53,761 nucleotides of DNA, taken from contig JAXDKT010000190.1 in assembly GCA_034666965.1 (NCBI GenBank), forward strand, positions 1-53,761. Reading direction: 5' to 3'. The translations under genes and the position numbers were made by a program. The notes beneath the pieces are model-generated. The model did not search any database and was not told the origin of the DNA. It saw only the letters and a program-made list of their open reading frames with translations. The stretch is from Chloroflexota bacterium. GTDB lineage: Bacteria > Chloroflexota > Limnocylindria > Limnocylindrales > CSP1-4. The number at the start of each line of letters is the position of its first letter. The first letter of the stretch is position 1. Positions 36,819 through 46,164 of the stretch are shown piece by piece.

Positions 36819-38396
36819 TCAGTCGACGATCGTCTGGCTCTGCTCGCGCATGAACTGCTGGACGTAGTAGAGGCCGCCGCCGGCCTTGCCGGTCGCGGTG
36901 CTCCCCTTCCAGCCGCCAAAGGGCTGGATTCCCGGCCAGGCGCCGGTCGTGGCGCCGGCGCGGCGGTTGACATAGACGACCCCCGCCTCGATCTCGTCGA
37001 GGAACTTGTCGATCTCGGCCTTGTCCTCCGAGTAGAAGCCGGCGGTCAGGCCCAGGTTGACTGCGTTCGACAGCTCCAGCGCCTCGTCGATCGAGTCGAC
37101 GGCGGCGACCGCGGTGAACGGCAGGAACAGCTCGTCGCGGAAGAGGCGGTGATCCTTGGGCAGGTCGAGGGCGACCGTCGGCGCAACGAAGAAGCCGCTG
37201 TCGAGTCCGTTCTCGGTCACGCGCTCGCCGCCGATCGCCAGGCGACCGTCGCTGCGGGCGTCCGTGACGGCCTGCTTGTAGCGCGCCACCGCCTTGGCGT
37301 TGATCACCGGTCCGAGCCAATGGCGCCGGTCGGTCGGGTCGCCGATCGTGATCGCCTCGGTCTTTTCGACCAGCCGCCGGACGAGCTCGTCGTGGACCGG
37401 GCGCTCGACGTAGACCCGGCTGTTGGCCGAGCACTTCTGCCCGGAGAAGCCGAACGCCGAGCGCATGATCCCCTCGGCGGCCTCGTCGAGGTCGGCGTGA
37501 CGTGACACGATCGCCGGGTTCTTGCCGCCCATCTCGACGATGACCGGCTTGGGGTAGCTCTGGGCGAAGTTCTTGTACAGCCCGAAGCCGACCTCGAACG
37601 AGCCGGTGAAGACGACCCCATCGACGCCGGGGTTGGTCTGCAGCTCGTCGCCGACCGTCTCACCCGGGCCCATGACCATGTTGAACACGCCCGCCGGGAC
37701 ACCCGCGTCGCGCATCGCCTGGAGCAGGCAGGCGCCCGACAGGGGCGCGTCGGACGAGGGCTTGTAGACGACCGTGTTACCGGCCACCAGCGCCCCGCCG
37801 GCCGGGCCGCCCGAGAGCGCAAACGGGAAGTTGAACGGGCTGATGACCGCCCAGACGCCGTACGGCTTGAGGACCGAGCGAGTGTGGACGGTCTCGTCGC
37901 CGAGATTGCCCATGACGTCGTCGAAGCCGTGGTTTCGCTCCATCATGGCGCACGACCAGCGGATGAGATCGGCCGTCTCCTCAACGTCGCCGAGCGCCTC
38001 GAGCCGGTTCTTGCCGACCTCCATCGAGAGCAACGCGCTGAACTCCATCTGACGCTCGCTGATGACGTCGGCAACCCGGCGCAGGATCGCGACCCGCTCC
38101 TGCCACGGTCGGCGACCCCAGGAGCGGAAGGCCTCGTGGGCCGCGGCGATCGCGTCCTGGACATCCGCCCGCGTGCCTTTGGCGAAGGTGCCCATGACCG
38201 AGCCGTCGATCGGGGTCCGCTTCTCGAACGTGCCGTCGCCGTCGCGCTCGGCGCCGCCGACGAAGTTGCGGTAGGAGCCGCCGAGCATCCCGCGCGCCTT
38301 GGTCAGCCCGGCCTCGTATTGCGCGTGGAGCTGCTCGTTGTCGTTGCGAAGGGTAGCGTAGGTGATCTTCAGGCGCGGGGCCGCCTCGGTCGACAT
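36819..38396 (-). CDS. Aldehyde dehydrogenase (P5C-dehydrogenase-like)
   Basis: ISPFNFP, FTGS, EMGGKN, GQKCSA, QPFGGWK. Confidence 0.93.
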   Translation of the reverse strand: MSTEAAPRLKITYATLRNDNEQLHAQYEAGLTKARGMLGGSYRNFVGGAERDGDGTFEKRTPIDGSVMGTFAKGTRADVQDAIAAAHEAFRSWGRRPWQERVAILRRVADVISERQMEFSALLSMEVGKNRLEALGDVEETADLIRWSCAMMERNHGFDDVMGNLGDETVHTRSVLKPYGVWAVISPFNFPFALSGGPAGGALVAGNTVVYKPSSDAPLSGACLLQAMRDAGVPAGVFNMVMGPGETVGDELQTNPGVDGVVFTGSFEVGFGLYKNFAQSYPKPVIVEMGGKNPAIVSRHADLDEAAEGIMRSAFGFSGQKCSANSRVYVERPVHDELVRRLVEKTEAITIGDPTDRRHWLGPVINAKAVARYKQAVTDARSDGRLAIGGERVTENGLDSGFFVAPTVALDLPKDHRLFRDELFLPFTAVAAVDSIDEALELSNAVNLGLTAGFYSEDKAEIDKFLDEIEAGVVYVNRRAGATTGAWPGIQPFGGWKGSTATGKAGGGLYYVQQFMREQSQTIVD

Positions 38397-38502
38397 GGCA
38401 GTCTCCGTTCTCGGGTTGGCAGTCTGAGCGGTACGGCCGCGTCCTCAGGCGTATCGCGGCGACGTGGTCTCCAGTGTAGCGCCGCCGAACGTCGCGGCCG
38501 GG

Positions 38503-39387
38503 CTAGCCCAGCGCTGCGACCACCTCGCCGAGGGTCGGCGCGATCGCATCGGGGATGCGGCCGCCCCGCCCCCGGACGATCGTCTCGAGGTCGGTCAGAT
38601 CGTGCTTGCCGGACAGCACGAATACGCCTCGCAAGCCGACCCGCCCTCCCGCGACGATGTCAGTCCGGATGTCGTCGCCGATCATCGCGATGTCGCGCCG
38701 GCGGAGCCGTGGCCCACCCGCCGCGAGGACCTCATTGACGAGCTCGGCCGCCGCCTCGCGGAAGAAGTCGGGGGAAGGCTTGCCCAGGATCCGCGCCGGT
38801 CGCTCCGTGGCGAACTCGAGGCCGGTCACGATCGCGCCGGAGTCGAGCGTGGGACCTTCGGGGGTCAGCCACCACGGGTTGCGGTGCATGCCGATGAGCT
38901 CCGCTCCGCCGCGGACCAGCCGGAAGGCCCGGTTGAGGTTGTCGAAGGTGATCGCTTCGGGAGCGTCGCCGACGACCACCGCGGCGGCTCGGACGGCTGG
39001 GGCGTCGGCCTCGTCGCCGCTCAGCAGGTGCTGGTCGGCGAACTCGGTCAGGGCGTCGGTCGAGGCCATCACGAACAGGGGCTCGTCCGGATAGCGGCGA
39101 CGGGTATAGGCGGCGCTCGCCGACAGGGCACTCATGATCCGCTCGGGCGGGATCGGCGCTCCGAGGCGGTCGCTCCAGCGTGACAGGCTGCGCCGGCTCA
39201 TCACCGAGGTGTTGGTCACGATCCGGTACGGGATCCCGCGCTCGTCCAGCCGGGCCAACGCCGACCCGGCTCCAGGTAGCAGCTCGCCCTTGAGGACGAT
39301 CACCCCGTCGAGGTCGAGGAGCACTGCCCGCACGCCGGCGAGGGCGGCCCGGAGATCGGCGGCGGAGGAAGCGGTCGGACGGGCCAT
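38503..39387 (-). CDS. HAD-IIA family hydrolase
   Basis: LDLDGV, TN, GKPS, IGDD..TDI. Confidence 0.9.
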   Translation of the reverse strand: MARPTASSAADLRAALAGVRAVLLDLDGVIVLKGELLPGAGSALARLDERGIPYRIVTNTSVMSRRSLSRWSDRLGAPIPPERIMSALSASAAYTRRRYPDEPLFVMASTDALTEFADQHLLSGDEADAPAVRAAAVVVGDAPEAITFDNLNRAFRLVRGGAELIGMHRNPWWLTPEGPTLDSGAIVTGLEFATERPARILGKPSPDFFREAAAELVNEVLAAGGPRLRRRDIAMIGDDIRTDIVAGGRVGLRGVFVLSGKHDLTDLETIVRGRGGRIPDAIAPTLGEVVAALG

Positions 39388-39421
39388 CCGACCGATGGTA
39401 CCCGTCTGCTAGGCTCCGGCG

Positions 39422-40201
39422 ATGGGACTGCTCGACGGCAAGAAGGCCCTGATCTTCGGGGTCGCCAACGACCATTCGATCGCCTGGGGCATCGCCCGAG
39501 CCCTGCACGAGCAGGGCGCCACCATCGGCTTCAGCTCGGTCGAGAGCCTCATCGAGCGGCGCGTCCGGCCGCTGGCGAGCTCGATCGGCGCGACCTTCGT
39601 GGAGCCGTGCGACGTCCAGTCCGACGACGAGATCCGGGCCGTATTGGCCAAGTGGGGCGCAGCGTACGGGCGGCTCGACATCCTCGTCCACGCCCTCGCC
39701 TTCGCCAAGCGCGAGGACCTCGAGGGTGGCTTCGTCGACACCTCACGGGACGGCTTCGCCCTGGCCCTCGACGTGAGCGCCTATTCGCTGGTGGCGCTCA
39801 CCCGCGAGGCCCGACCCTTCCTGGACGCCGGCTCGAGCATCATGACTCTGACCTACTACGGTGCCGAGAAGGTCGTCGGCAACTACAACGTGATGGGCGT
39901 GGCCAAGGCCGCCCTCGAGGCGTCGGTCCGCTACCTCGCCGCGGACCTGGGCCCGGACGGGATCCGGGTCAACGCCATCAGCGCGGGCCCGGTCAGGACC
40001 CTGGCCGCGGCGGGCATCGCCGGCTTCAAGAAGATGTACGGCTCGTTCGCCGACGTCGCCCCGCTGCGCGCCAACATCACCCCGGAGGACGTCGGACGGA
40101 CCGCGGTCTACCTGGCCTCAGACCTGTCCACTGCCGTCACCGGCGAGGTGATCTACGTCGACGGCGGCTTCCACATCATGGGCGTCCCGACCGTCGACTG
40201 A
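39422..40201 (+). CDS. fabI: Enoyl-ACP reductase
   Basis: GVAN..SIAWGIA, YNVMGVAKAALE, AISAGPVRTLAA. Confidence 0.96.
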   Translation: MGLLDGKKALIFGVANDHSIAWGIARALHEQGATIGFSSVESLIERRVRPLASSIGATFVEPCDVQSDDEIRAVLAKWGAAYGRLDILVHALAFAKREDLEGGFVDTSRDGFALALDVSAYSLVALTREARPFLDAGSSIMTLTYYGAEKVVGNYNVMGVAKAALEASVRYLAADLGPDGIRVNAISAGPVRTLAAAGIAGFKKMYGSFADVAPLRANITPEDVGRTAVYLASDLSTAVTGEVIYVDGGFHIMGVPTVD

Positions 40202-40650
40202 TCGACCCTCGCGGTCTGGCAGCTGGCGCAGCGGCCCACGATCGTGACGTGGCTCAGGTCCACGTCGAACCCGCGGCTGGCCCGGAGCGCATCGACGAGC
40301 GCCGCGGCCTCGTCGCTGTCGACCTCCCAGGTCGACCCACAGCCGGAGCAGTGCAGATGACCGTGCTCGACCTGGGGCAGCACGTGGAACTCCTCGCGGC
40401 CGTCGGGGCCGTGCCCGTGGCGGACCAGGCCCAGCTGTTCGAGGACGTCGAGGGTTCGGTAGACGGTCGAGGGCGTGGTCTCCGGATCGACCGCGCGACA
40501 GCGCTCCACCAGCTCGCTGCCGGTGACGTGGCCGTCGGTCCGCGACAGGACCTCGACCAGCGTCCGGCGCTGGGGGGTCCAGCGCAACCCGCGCGCGCGG
40601 AGCCGCTCGCGGACGAGTGGCCAGACGTCCCGTCGGCCGGCGATGGTCAT
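40153..40650 (-). CDS. Fur family metalloregulator (Nur/Zur-like)
   Basis: LRWTPQR, STVYRTL, HGHLHC..C, C..C; ATGA overlap with the transporter. Confidence 0.9.
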   Translation of the reverse strand: MTIAGRRDVWPLVRERLRARGLRWTPQRRTLVEVLSRTDGHVTGSELVERCRAVDPETTPSTVYRTLDVLEQLGLVRHGHGPDGREEFHVLPQVEHGHLHCSGCGSTWEVDSDEAAALVDALRASRGFDVDLSHVTIVGRCASCQTARVDQSTVGTPMMWKPPST

Positions 40651-41696
40651 GAGCCGATGAACCCGAAGATCCGGTCCAGGTCGGGCAGGAGGCCCTCCAG
40701 CTCGAACAGGAACAGCAGACCCACGACCAGGCTGAAGGCGCCGGCGGCGACCCCGAACGCGAGGTAGATCCGCTGGCGGGTCTGGCTGGCGACAAAGCCG
40801 GTCGAGGAGATGACCACCACGATCGTGTTCGAGATCAGCAGGCCGACGATGAACGCGATCATCATCGGGATACCCAGCCCGACGCCGGAGGCGCCACCCA
40901 CGGCCGCGATGATCAGAACCTGCGTCCCCGTCTCGGCCCCGACCCCGTGGATCATGCCGACACCGAACGCGGTCCGCGCGCCATACGAGCTCATCTCCAG
41001 CGGCTCCACGTGAGCGTGACCGTGGAGCTTGGCCTGGATGCGTCGCCACGAATAGCGGACCGAGTCGAAGACCAGCATCCAGCGACTGCGCAGCCGAAAT
41101 TCCGTGCCATGGCGGAAGTACTGGTAGAGCGAGACGAAGACCCAGATGCCGAGGACGACCAGGGTCAGGCCGACCACCCGGCTGAGGATCGGATCGACCC
41201 AGTCGGGCAGGACCGCCCCAAAGACGAGCGCCGCCAGACCGAGGACCGCCACCACCGAGGCATGACCCAGGGCGTACAACGTGCCGAGCAGGATCGCGTG
41301 GCGGTTCTCCTGCAGCAGCCGGGCTCGGGTCTGGAGTGGGACCGCAACTGCGGCCGTCATGTTCCCGGCTGTCGCGGCCCCGGCTGCCAGCGTCCCCGCG
41401 GCCAGCGTGGCGGCGCCCGGCCCACGGTCGTGGGCGTGCAACTCGCTCGGGCCGCCGTGCTCGTGTCGATGTCCCTCGGCCAGCTCGGCCAGGATCCGGT
41501 GCTGCTCGCCGTGAATCGCCGTCCCGGCGTCCGCGGTGGCGGTCGTGCTGGTGATGTCGGTGATCGCCGCAATGTGGTCCCAGTCGATCCCGTGGCGCAC
41601 GCCGAGCAGGCCAGCGGTCACCAGCAGCCCGATGCCCTGGGGCGAGGTGGCGGCGGCCAGCAGCGGAGCCAAGAGATCGGCGAAGGGATGCGACAC
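40647..41696 (-). CDS. NiCoT-family (HoxN/HupN/NixA-like) Ni/Co transporter
   Basis: RHGIDWDH signature, His-rich loop, GHASVV, HGVGAET. Confidence 0.82.
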   Translation of the reverse strand: MSHPFADLLAPLLAAATSPQGIGLLVTAGLLGVRHGIDWDHIAAITDITSTTATADAGTAIHGEQHRILAELAEGHRHEHGGPSELHAHDRGPGAATLAAGTLAAGAATAGNMTAAVAVPLQTRARLLQENRHAILLGTLYALGHASVVAVLGLAALVFGAVLPDWVDPILSRVVGLTLVVLGIWVFVSLYQYFRHGTEFRLRSRWMLVFDSVRYSWRRIQAKLHGHAHVEPLEMSSYGARTAFGVGMIHGVGAETGTQVLIIAAVGGASGVGLGIPMMIAFIVGLLISNTIVVVISSTGFVASQTRQRIYLAFGVAAGAFSLVVGLLFLFELEGLLPDLDRIFGFIGS

Positions 41697-41710
41697 GGCC
41701 CAGTAACCCT

Positions 41711-41730
41711 TATTGCAATTGGTTGCGATA
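41711..41730. promoter_or_regulatory. Fur-family-like operator TATTGCAA-N4-TTGCGATA
   Basis: AT-rich near-palindrome 15 bp upstream of the NiCoT start. Confidence 0.65.
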
Positions 41731-41863
41731 GCATCGCTTGGCAAGAGGCGGACGTCAATGGCTACGCCGCCGCGGTGGCCCCGGATCGCGGGGGGCGGCA
41801 ACCGGCAACGGCCGGCGGGCGGAAACCTGGCGGCCGTTGCGATCCACGCGCTATCGTCCCCGA

Positions 41864-42406
41864 ATGACCATTCGCGTCGTCCTGGGCCATGGTGCGTCGG
41901 GCAACGCGGCGAGCATGGCGCCCTTCGTCGACGGACTCCGGGCGCGCGGGATCGAGGCACTCGCCGTGGACCTGCCCAAGCGGAAGGCGGAGGACGTCGT
42001 TCCGCGCTGGCTCGAGCTGGCGCCGCCAGGTCCGGACGTGGTCATCGGCGGACACTCGTACGGTGGCCGGGTGGCCAGCCTCGCCGCCGCCGCGGCCAGC
42101 GGCCCGGGTGGCGCCACGGCGGGCTACCGCGGGCTGGTCTGCTTCTCGTATCCCCTCCATCGGCCGGGCGGGCCCGAGCTCGGGCCCCGGGTCGCCCACT
42201 GGCCGGCGATCGCCTGCCCGGCGCTGCTGCTGTCGGGCGAGTCGGACCCGTTCGCTCGGATCGACCTGCTCCGCGAGGCGATGGCCCTGCTGCCCCACGG
42301 CGAGCTGGTGACGTATCCACGCCTGGGGCACGGCCTCAAGCCGGTTCTCGACGACGTGCTCGATCGGACCGCCGCGTTCATCCGGAGCCTGCCGCCCCCC
42401 GGCTGA
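41864..42406 (+). CDS. Small alpha/beta hydrolase
   Basis: HGA, GGHSYGGR nucleophile elbow, YPLH, GESDPF, GH. Confidence 0.85.
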   Translation: MTIRVVLGHGASGNAASMAPFVDGLRARGIEALAVDLPKRKAEDVVPRWLELAPPGPDVVIGGHSYGGRVASLAAAAASGPGGATAGYRGLVCFSYPLHRPGGPELGPRVAHWPAIACPALLLSGESDPFARIDLLREAMALLPHGELVTYPRLGHGLKPVLDDVLDRTAAFIRSLPPPG

Positions 42407-42421
42407 GGTACGCTCGACACC

Positions 42422-44299
42422 ATGGCCCGCACCCGTCGGATGACCGTCGCCCAGGCGTTGGTGGAGCACCTCAGCGTCCAGTCGGTCGAACGCGACGGCG
42501 TCGAGCAGCGCTTCTTCGCCGGGATCTTCGGGATCTTCGGCCACGGCAACGTGGCCGGGCTGGGCGAGGCGCTCGAGGCCGCCGGCGATCGGCTGCGCTA
42601 CTACCAGGCCCGTAACGAGCAGGGCATGGTCCATGCCGCCGCGGCGTTCGCCCGACGCAGTCGCCGACTGCGGACGATGGCCTGCACCACGTCGATCGGT
42701 CCAGGCGCCACCAACCTGGTGACCGGCGCCGCGATGGCGACGATCAACCGCCTGCCGGTGCTGCTCCTGCCTGGCGACCTGTTCGCCACCCGTCGCGTGG
42801 CGCCGGTCCTCCAGCAGCTGGAGCGGCCCGACAGCCAGGACGTCTCGGTCAACGACACGCTCCGCCCGGTCTCACGCTATTGGGACCGGATCAACCGCCC
42901 GGAGCAGCTGATCGCGGCCCTGCCGGCGGCGATGCGGGTCCTGACCAGCCCGGCCGAGACGGGCGCGGTCACCCTGGCCCTGCCCCAGGACGTCCAGGTC
43001 GAGGCATTCGAGTTCCCCGTCGCGATGTTCGAACCGCGCGTCCACCACATCCCGCGGCCGCGGCCGGACCGGGCAGCGCTCCAGCGGGCCGCCGACGCGC
43101 TGGCGGCCAGCCGCCGACCGATGGTCGTGGCCGGCGGTGGGGTCATCTACAGCGACGCGACGGAGGCGCTCGATCGCTTCGCCCGACGGTTCGGCCTGCC
43201 GATCGTCGAGAGCCAGGCGGGCAAGGGCTCGCTGGCCTGGGATCACCCGCTTCAGCTCGGGGCGGTTGGCGCGACCGGTGGCTCGGCCGGCAATGCGATC
43301 GCGGCCGACGCGGACCTCGTCCTGGCCGTCGGCACGCGCCTGTCGGACTTCACGACGGCCAGCTGGACGGCCTGGCAGGACCCAGAGGTGCGCTTCATCG
43401 CGCTCAACGTGGCCGAGTTCGACGCGACCAAAGCCGGGGCGATCCCGCTGGTGGCCGACGCGCGGGTCGGGCTCGAAGAGCTCGAGGCGGCCCTCGACGC
43501 GCGGGGGTGGACCGGCGTGGACAGCGCCCGCCGCGCGCGCCAGGAAAACCTGCGGACCAATTGGAACGCCGAGGTCGACCGGGTCCGCCATCTGGATGCC
43601 CCGGTCCACGTCACGCAACCGGAAGCGATCCGGCTGGTCAATGAGGCGGCGGGTCCGGACGGGGTCATCGTCCAGGCCGCGGGCGGGTTGCCGGGCGACC
43701 TCCACAAGCTGTGGCGGACCGAGCGGCCCACCGGCTACCACGTGGAGTACGGCTACTCCACGATGGGCTACGAGATCGCCGGCGGCCTGGGAGTCAAGAT
43801 GGCGGCGCCCGACGACGACGTCTTCGTGATGGTCGGCGACGGTTCCTACCTGATGCTGTCGGCCGAGCTGGCCACCGCTGTCCAGGAGGATCGCAAGCTG
43901 ACCGTGGTCCTGCTCGACAACCACGGCTTCCAGTGCATCGCCAACCTGTCCGGGGCGTGCGGCGGACACAATCCCTTCAACGCCTTCCGCCGGCGCGACC
44001 CCGCCACCGGCCAGCTGACCGGTGACGTCCTGCCCATCGACTACGCGGCCAACGCTCGAAGCCTGGGCGCGGACGTCCTCGTCGCCAACGACGCGACCGA
44101 GCTCGCGACGGCCCTGGCCCAGGCCAAGGCCAGCCCGCGCACCACGGTCATCGTCGTCGAGGTCGACCCGGCGGTCGGGGTGCCCGCCTACGACAGCTGG
44201 TGGGACGTGCCCGTCGCCGAGGTGTCCACGTCCGAGTCGGTCCGGACCGCCCGGGCCGAGTACGAGCGGCGCGTCGCAACCGAGCGTCGGTTCGACTGA
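42422..44299 (+). CDS. iolD: 3D-(3,5/4)-trihydroxycyclohexane-1,2-dione acylhydrolase
   Basis: GIFGHGNVAG, RNEQ, HVEYGYS.MGYE, GDGS..LDN TPP motif, WWDVPV. Confidence 0.96.
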   Translation: MARTRRMTVAQALVEHLSVQSVERDGVEQRFFAGIFGIFGHGNVAGLGEALEAAGDRLRYYQARNEQGMVHAAAAFARRSRRLRTMACTTSIGPGATNLVTGAAMATINRLPVLLLPGDLFATRRVAPVLQQLERPDSQDVSVNDTLRPVSRYWDRINRPEQLIAALPAAMRVLTSPAETGAVTLALPQDVQVEAFEFPVAMFEPRVHHIPRPRPDRAALQRAADALAASRRPMVVAGGGVIYSDATEALDRFARRFGLPIVESQAGKGSLAWDHPLQLGAVGATGGSAGNAIAADADLVLAVGTRLSDFTTASWTAWQDPEVRFIALNVAEFDATKAGAIPLVADARVGLEELEAALDARGWTGVDSARRARQENLRTNWNAEVDRVRHLDAPVHVTQPEAIRLVNEAAGPDGVIVQAAGGLPGDLHKLWRTERPTGYHVEYGYSTMGYEIAGGLGVKMAAPDDDVFVMVGDGSYLMLSAELATAVQEDRKLTVVLLDNHGFQCIANLSGACGGHNPFNAFRRRDPATGQLTGDVLPIDYAANARSLGADVLVANDATELATALAQAKASPRTTVIVVEVDPAVGVPAYDSWWDVPVAEVSTSESVRTARAEYERRVATERRFD

Positions 44300-45228
44300 T
44301 GACCGTCAAGACCTGGCCCGTGGCCGGCGCTCCCGTCTCGTTCGGCGTCGACGAGATCATGGTCGACGACGCCTGGATGCCCGGCCCGGTCGAGGTCCTC
44401 GACTGGCTGGTCGATATTGGCCACGAGGGCACCGAGCTGGGACCGCCGGGTTACCTGGGCAACGCCGACGAGCTGCACGAGCGACTGTCGGCCCGCGGGC
44501 TGGCGCTGGTCGGGGCGTTCCTGCCGCAGCGCTTCAGCCGTGACGAGAAGACCGCCGAGGACCAGGCCTGGCTGTGCGACACGCTGGCGCTCATCCGGGC
44601 CGGTGCCCCGGAGGGATCGCGGCCGTTTGCGATCCTGTCTGACGGCTTCGGCGAGCCCGAGCGGGTCGCCTTCTCGGGCCGGATCCAGGAGCACCCAGAG
44701 GCCTGGCTGCCAGCCGCCAGGTTCGAGACGCTGGTCGCGAACCTCCATCGTGCCGCCGAGCTGTGCCGGAACGCGGGCTTCGAGGTCCTCCTCCATCCCC
44801 ATGCCGGGACCTACATCGAGACGGCCGAGGAGATCGCCCGCGTCGCCGAGCGGATCGACCCGTCGCTCCTGGGCTTGGTCCTCGACACGGGCCACTATCG
44901 CTACGGCGGGGCGGATCCGGTCCGGGCGGTGACCGACTATCGCGGGTTGATCCGGCACGTCCATGTCAAGGACTGCGCGATGCGGATCATCGACGAGGCC
45001 GCCGGCGCAGGTGAGGGACTCAAGGAGATCCTCAGCCGGGGCGTCTTTCCACCCCTGGGTGAGGGCGACGTCGACCTTCCCGGCGTCCTCGAGGCGCTCC
45101 GGGGCATCGGCTACGAGGGCTGGCTCGTGATCGAGCAGGACCAGTCGCTGGGGCCAACGGACACCCGCGCGTCGCTGGTGGCCGGTCAGCGGCGCAACCG
45201 CCAGTGTCTCCGCGACCTGGGCGTCTGA
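44299..45228 (+). CDS. iolE: IolE-like myo-inosose dehydratase / xylose-isomerase-like TIM barrel
   Basis: APVSFG, GTELGP.G, HPHAGT.IE, DTGH, HVKD, EQD; lies between iolD and iolB. Confidence 0.75.
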   Translation: MTVKTWPVAGAPVSFGVDEIMVDDAWMPGPVEVLDWLVDIGHEGTELGPPGYLGNADELHERLSARGLALVGAFLPQRFSRDEKTAEDQAWLCDTLALIRAGAPEGSRPFAILSDGFGEPERVAFSGRIQEHPEAWLPAARFETLVANLHRAAELCRNAGFEVLLHPHAGTYIETAEEIARVAERIDPSLLGLVLDTGHYRYGGADPVRAVTDYRGLIRHVHVKDCAMRIIDEAAGAGEGLKEILSRGVFPPLGEGDVDLPGVLEALRGIGYEGWLVIEQDQSLGPTDTRASLVAGQRRNRQCLRDLGV

Positions 45229-45262
45229 CGTTGACGCTGCAGGACCGTGCCTGAGCTCGCCG

Positions 45263-46108
45263 GTGCCTGAGCTGCTGCGCCGGGCTGTCGCGCCAGGTCC
45301 CGATACCGCCACGATCCGGGTCGAGCCCGCAGACGAGCCGGCGGGCCTCGGCGGCCGGGGCTGGCGCTGGATCGCCTTCGAGGTCCATCGCCTGGACGAT
45401 GGTGCCAGCGTCGACCGCGCCGGCGACGACCGCGAGGTCGGGCTGATCGTCGTGGAGGGTGCCGTGGACGTCCGCGTCGGGGGGAGGTCGTTCGGGTCGA
45501 TCGGCAGCCGCTCCTCGCCGTTCGATCGGGTCGGGCCGCCCGTCGTGCTGGTGGCGCCCGGTGCCGAGCTGGCCGTGGAGGCGCGCGGCACGGCCGTGGT
45601 GGCGGTCGCGGCCGCGCCCGGCGGCGAGGTGCGTGAGACCCGCCTCATCGAGCCCGCGACCATGCGCATCGAGGAGCGCGGATCGGGCTCGACCGCTCGA
45701 ACCGTGCGCCACCTCCTGCCGCCCGAGGCCGCGGCCGGACGGCTCATCCTGGTCGAGGTCCTGACACCCGGTGGCAACTGGTCGAGCTACCCGCCCCACA
45801 AGCACGACACCGAGGATCAGCCCCGGGAGAGCCAGCTCGAGGAACTCTATTACTATCGATTCGCCCGGCCCGAGGGGTTCGCCTTCGCCCGGGTCTACAC
45901 CGCCGATCGGTCGCTCGACGAGGCGCTGACCGCGTCGGATGGGGACGTCGTCCTCGTGCCGCGCGGCTACCACCCGGTCGGCGCACCGGCCGGCTACGAC
46001 ACCTACTACCTGAACGTGATGGCCGGGCCGACCCGGTTGTGGCACTTCACCATCGACCCGGACCACGCCTGGCTGATGGATTGGGATCCGCGGGCTCCGG
46101 CCCGCTGA
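45263..46108 (+). CDS. iolB: 5-deoxy-glucuronate isomerase
   Basis: GNWSSYPPHKHD, LEELYY, PRGYHP, YYLNVMAG. Confidence 0.95.
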   Translation: MPELLRRAVAPGPDTATIRVEPADEPAGLGGRGWRWIAFEVHRLDDGASVDRAGDDREVGLIVVEGAVDVRVGGRSFGSIGSRSSPFDRVGPPVVLVAPGAELAVEARGTAVVAVAAAPGGEVRETRLIEPATMRIEERGSGSTARTVRHLLPPEAAAGRLILVEVLTPGGNWSSYPPHKHDTEDQPRESQLEELYYYRFARPEGFAFARVYTADRSLDEALTASDGDVVLVPRGYHPVGAPAGYDTYYLNVMAGPTRLWHFTIDPDHAWLMDWDPRAPAR

Positions 46109-46164
46109 ACCGCAGCTCGCCGAGCCGAATGAGTCGACCGAGGACCGCACCGGAGGGCAGCACG

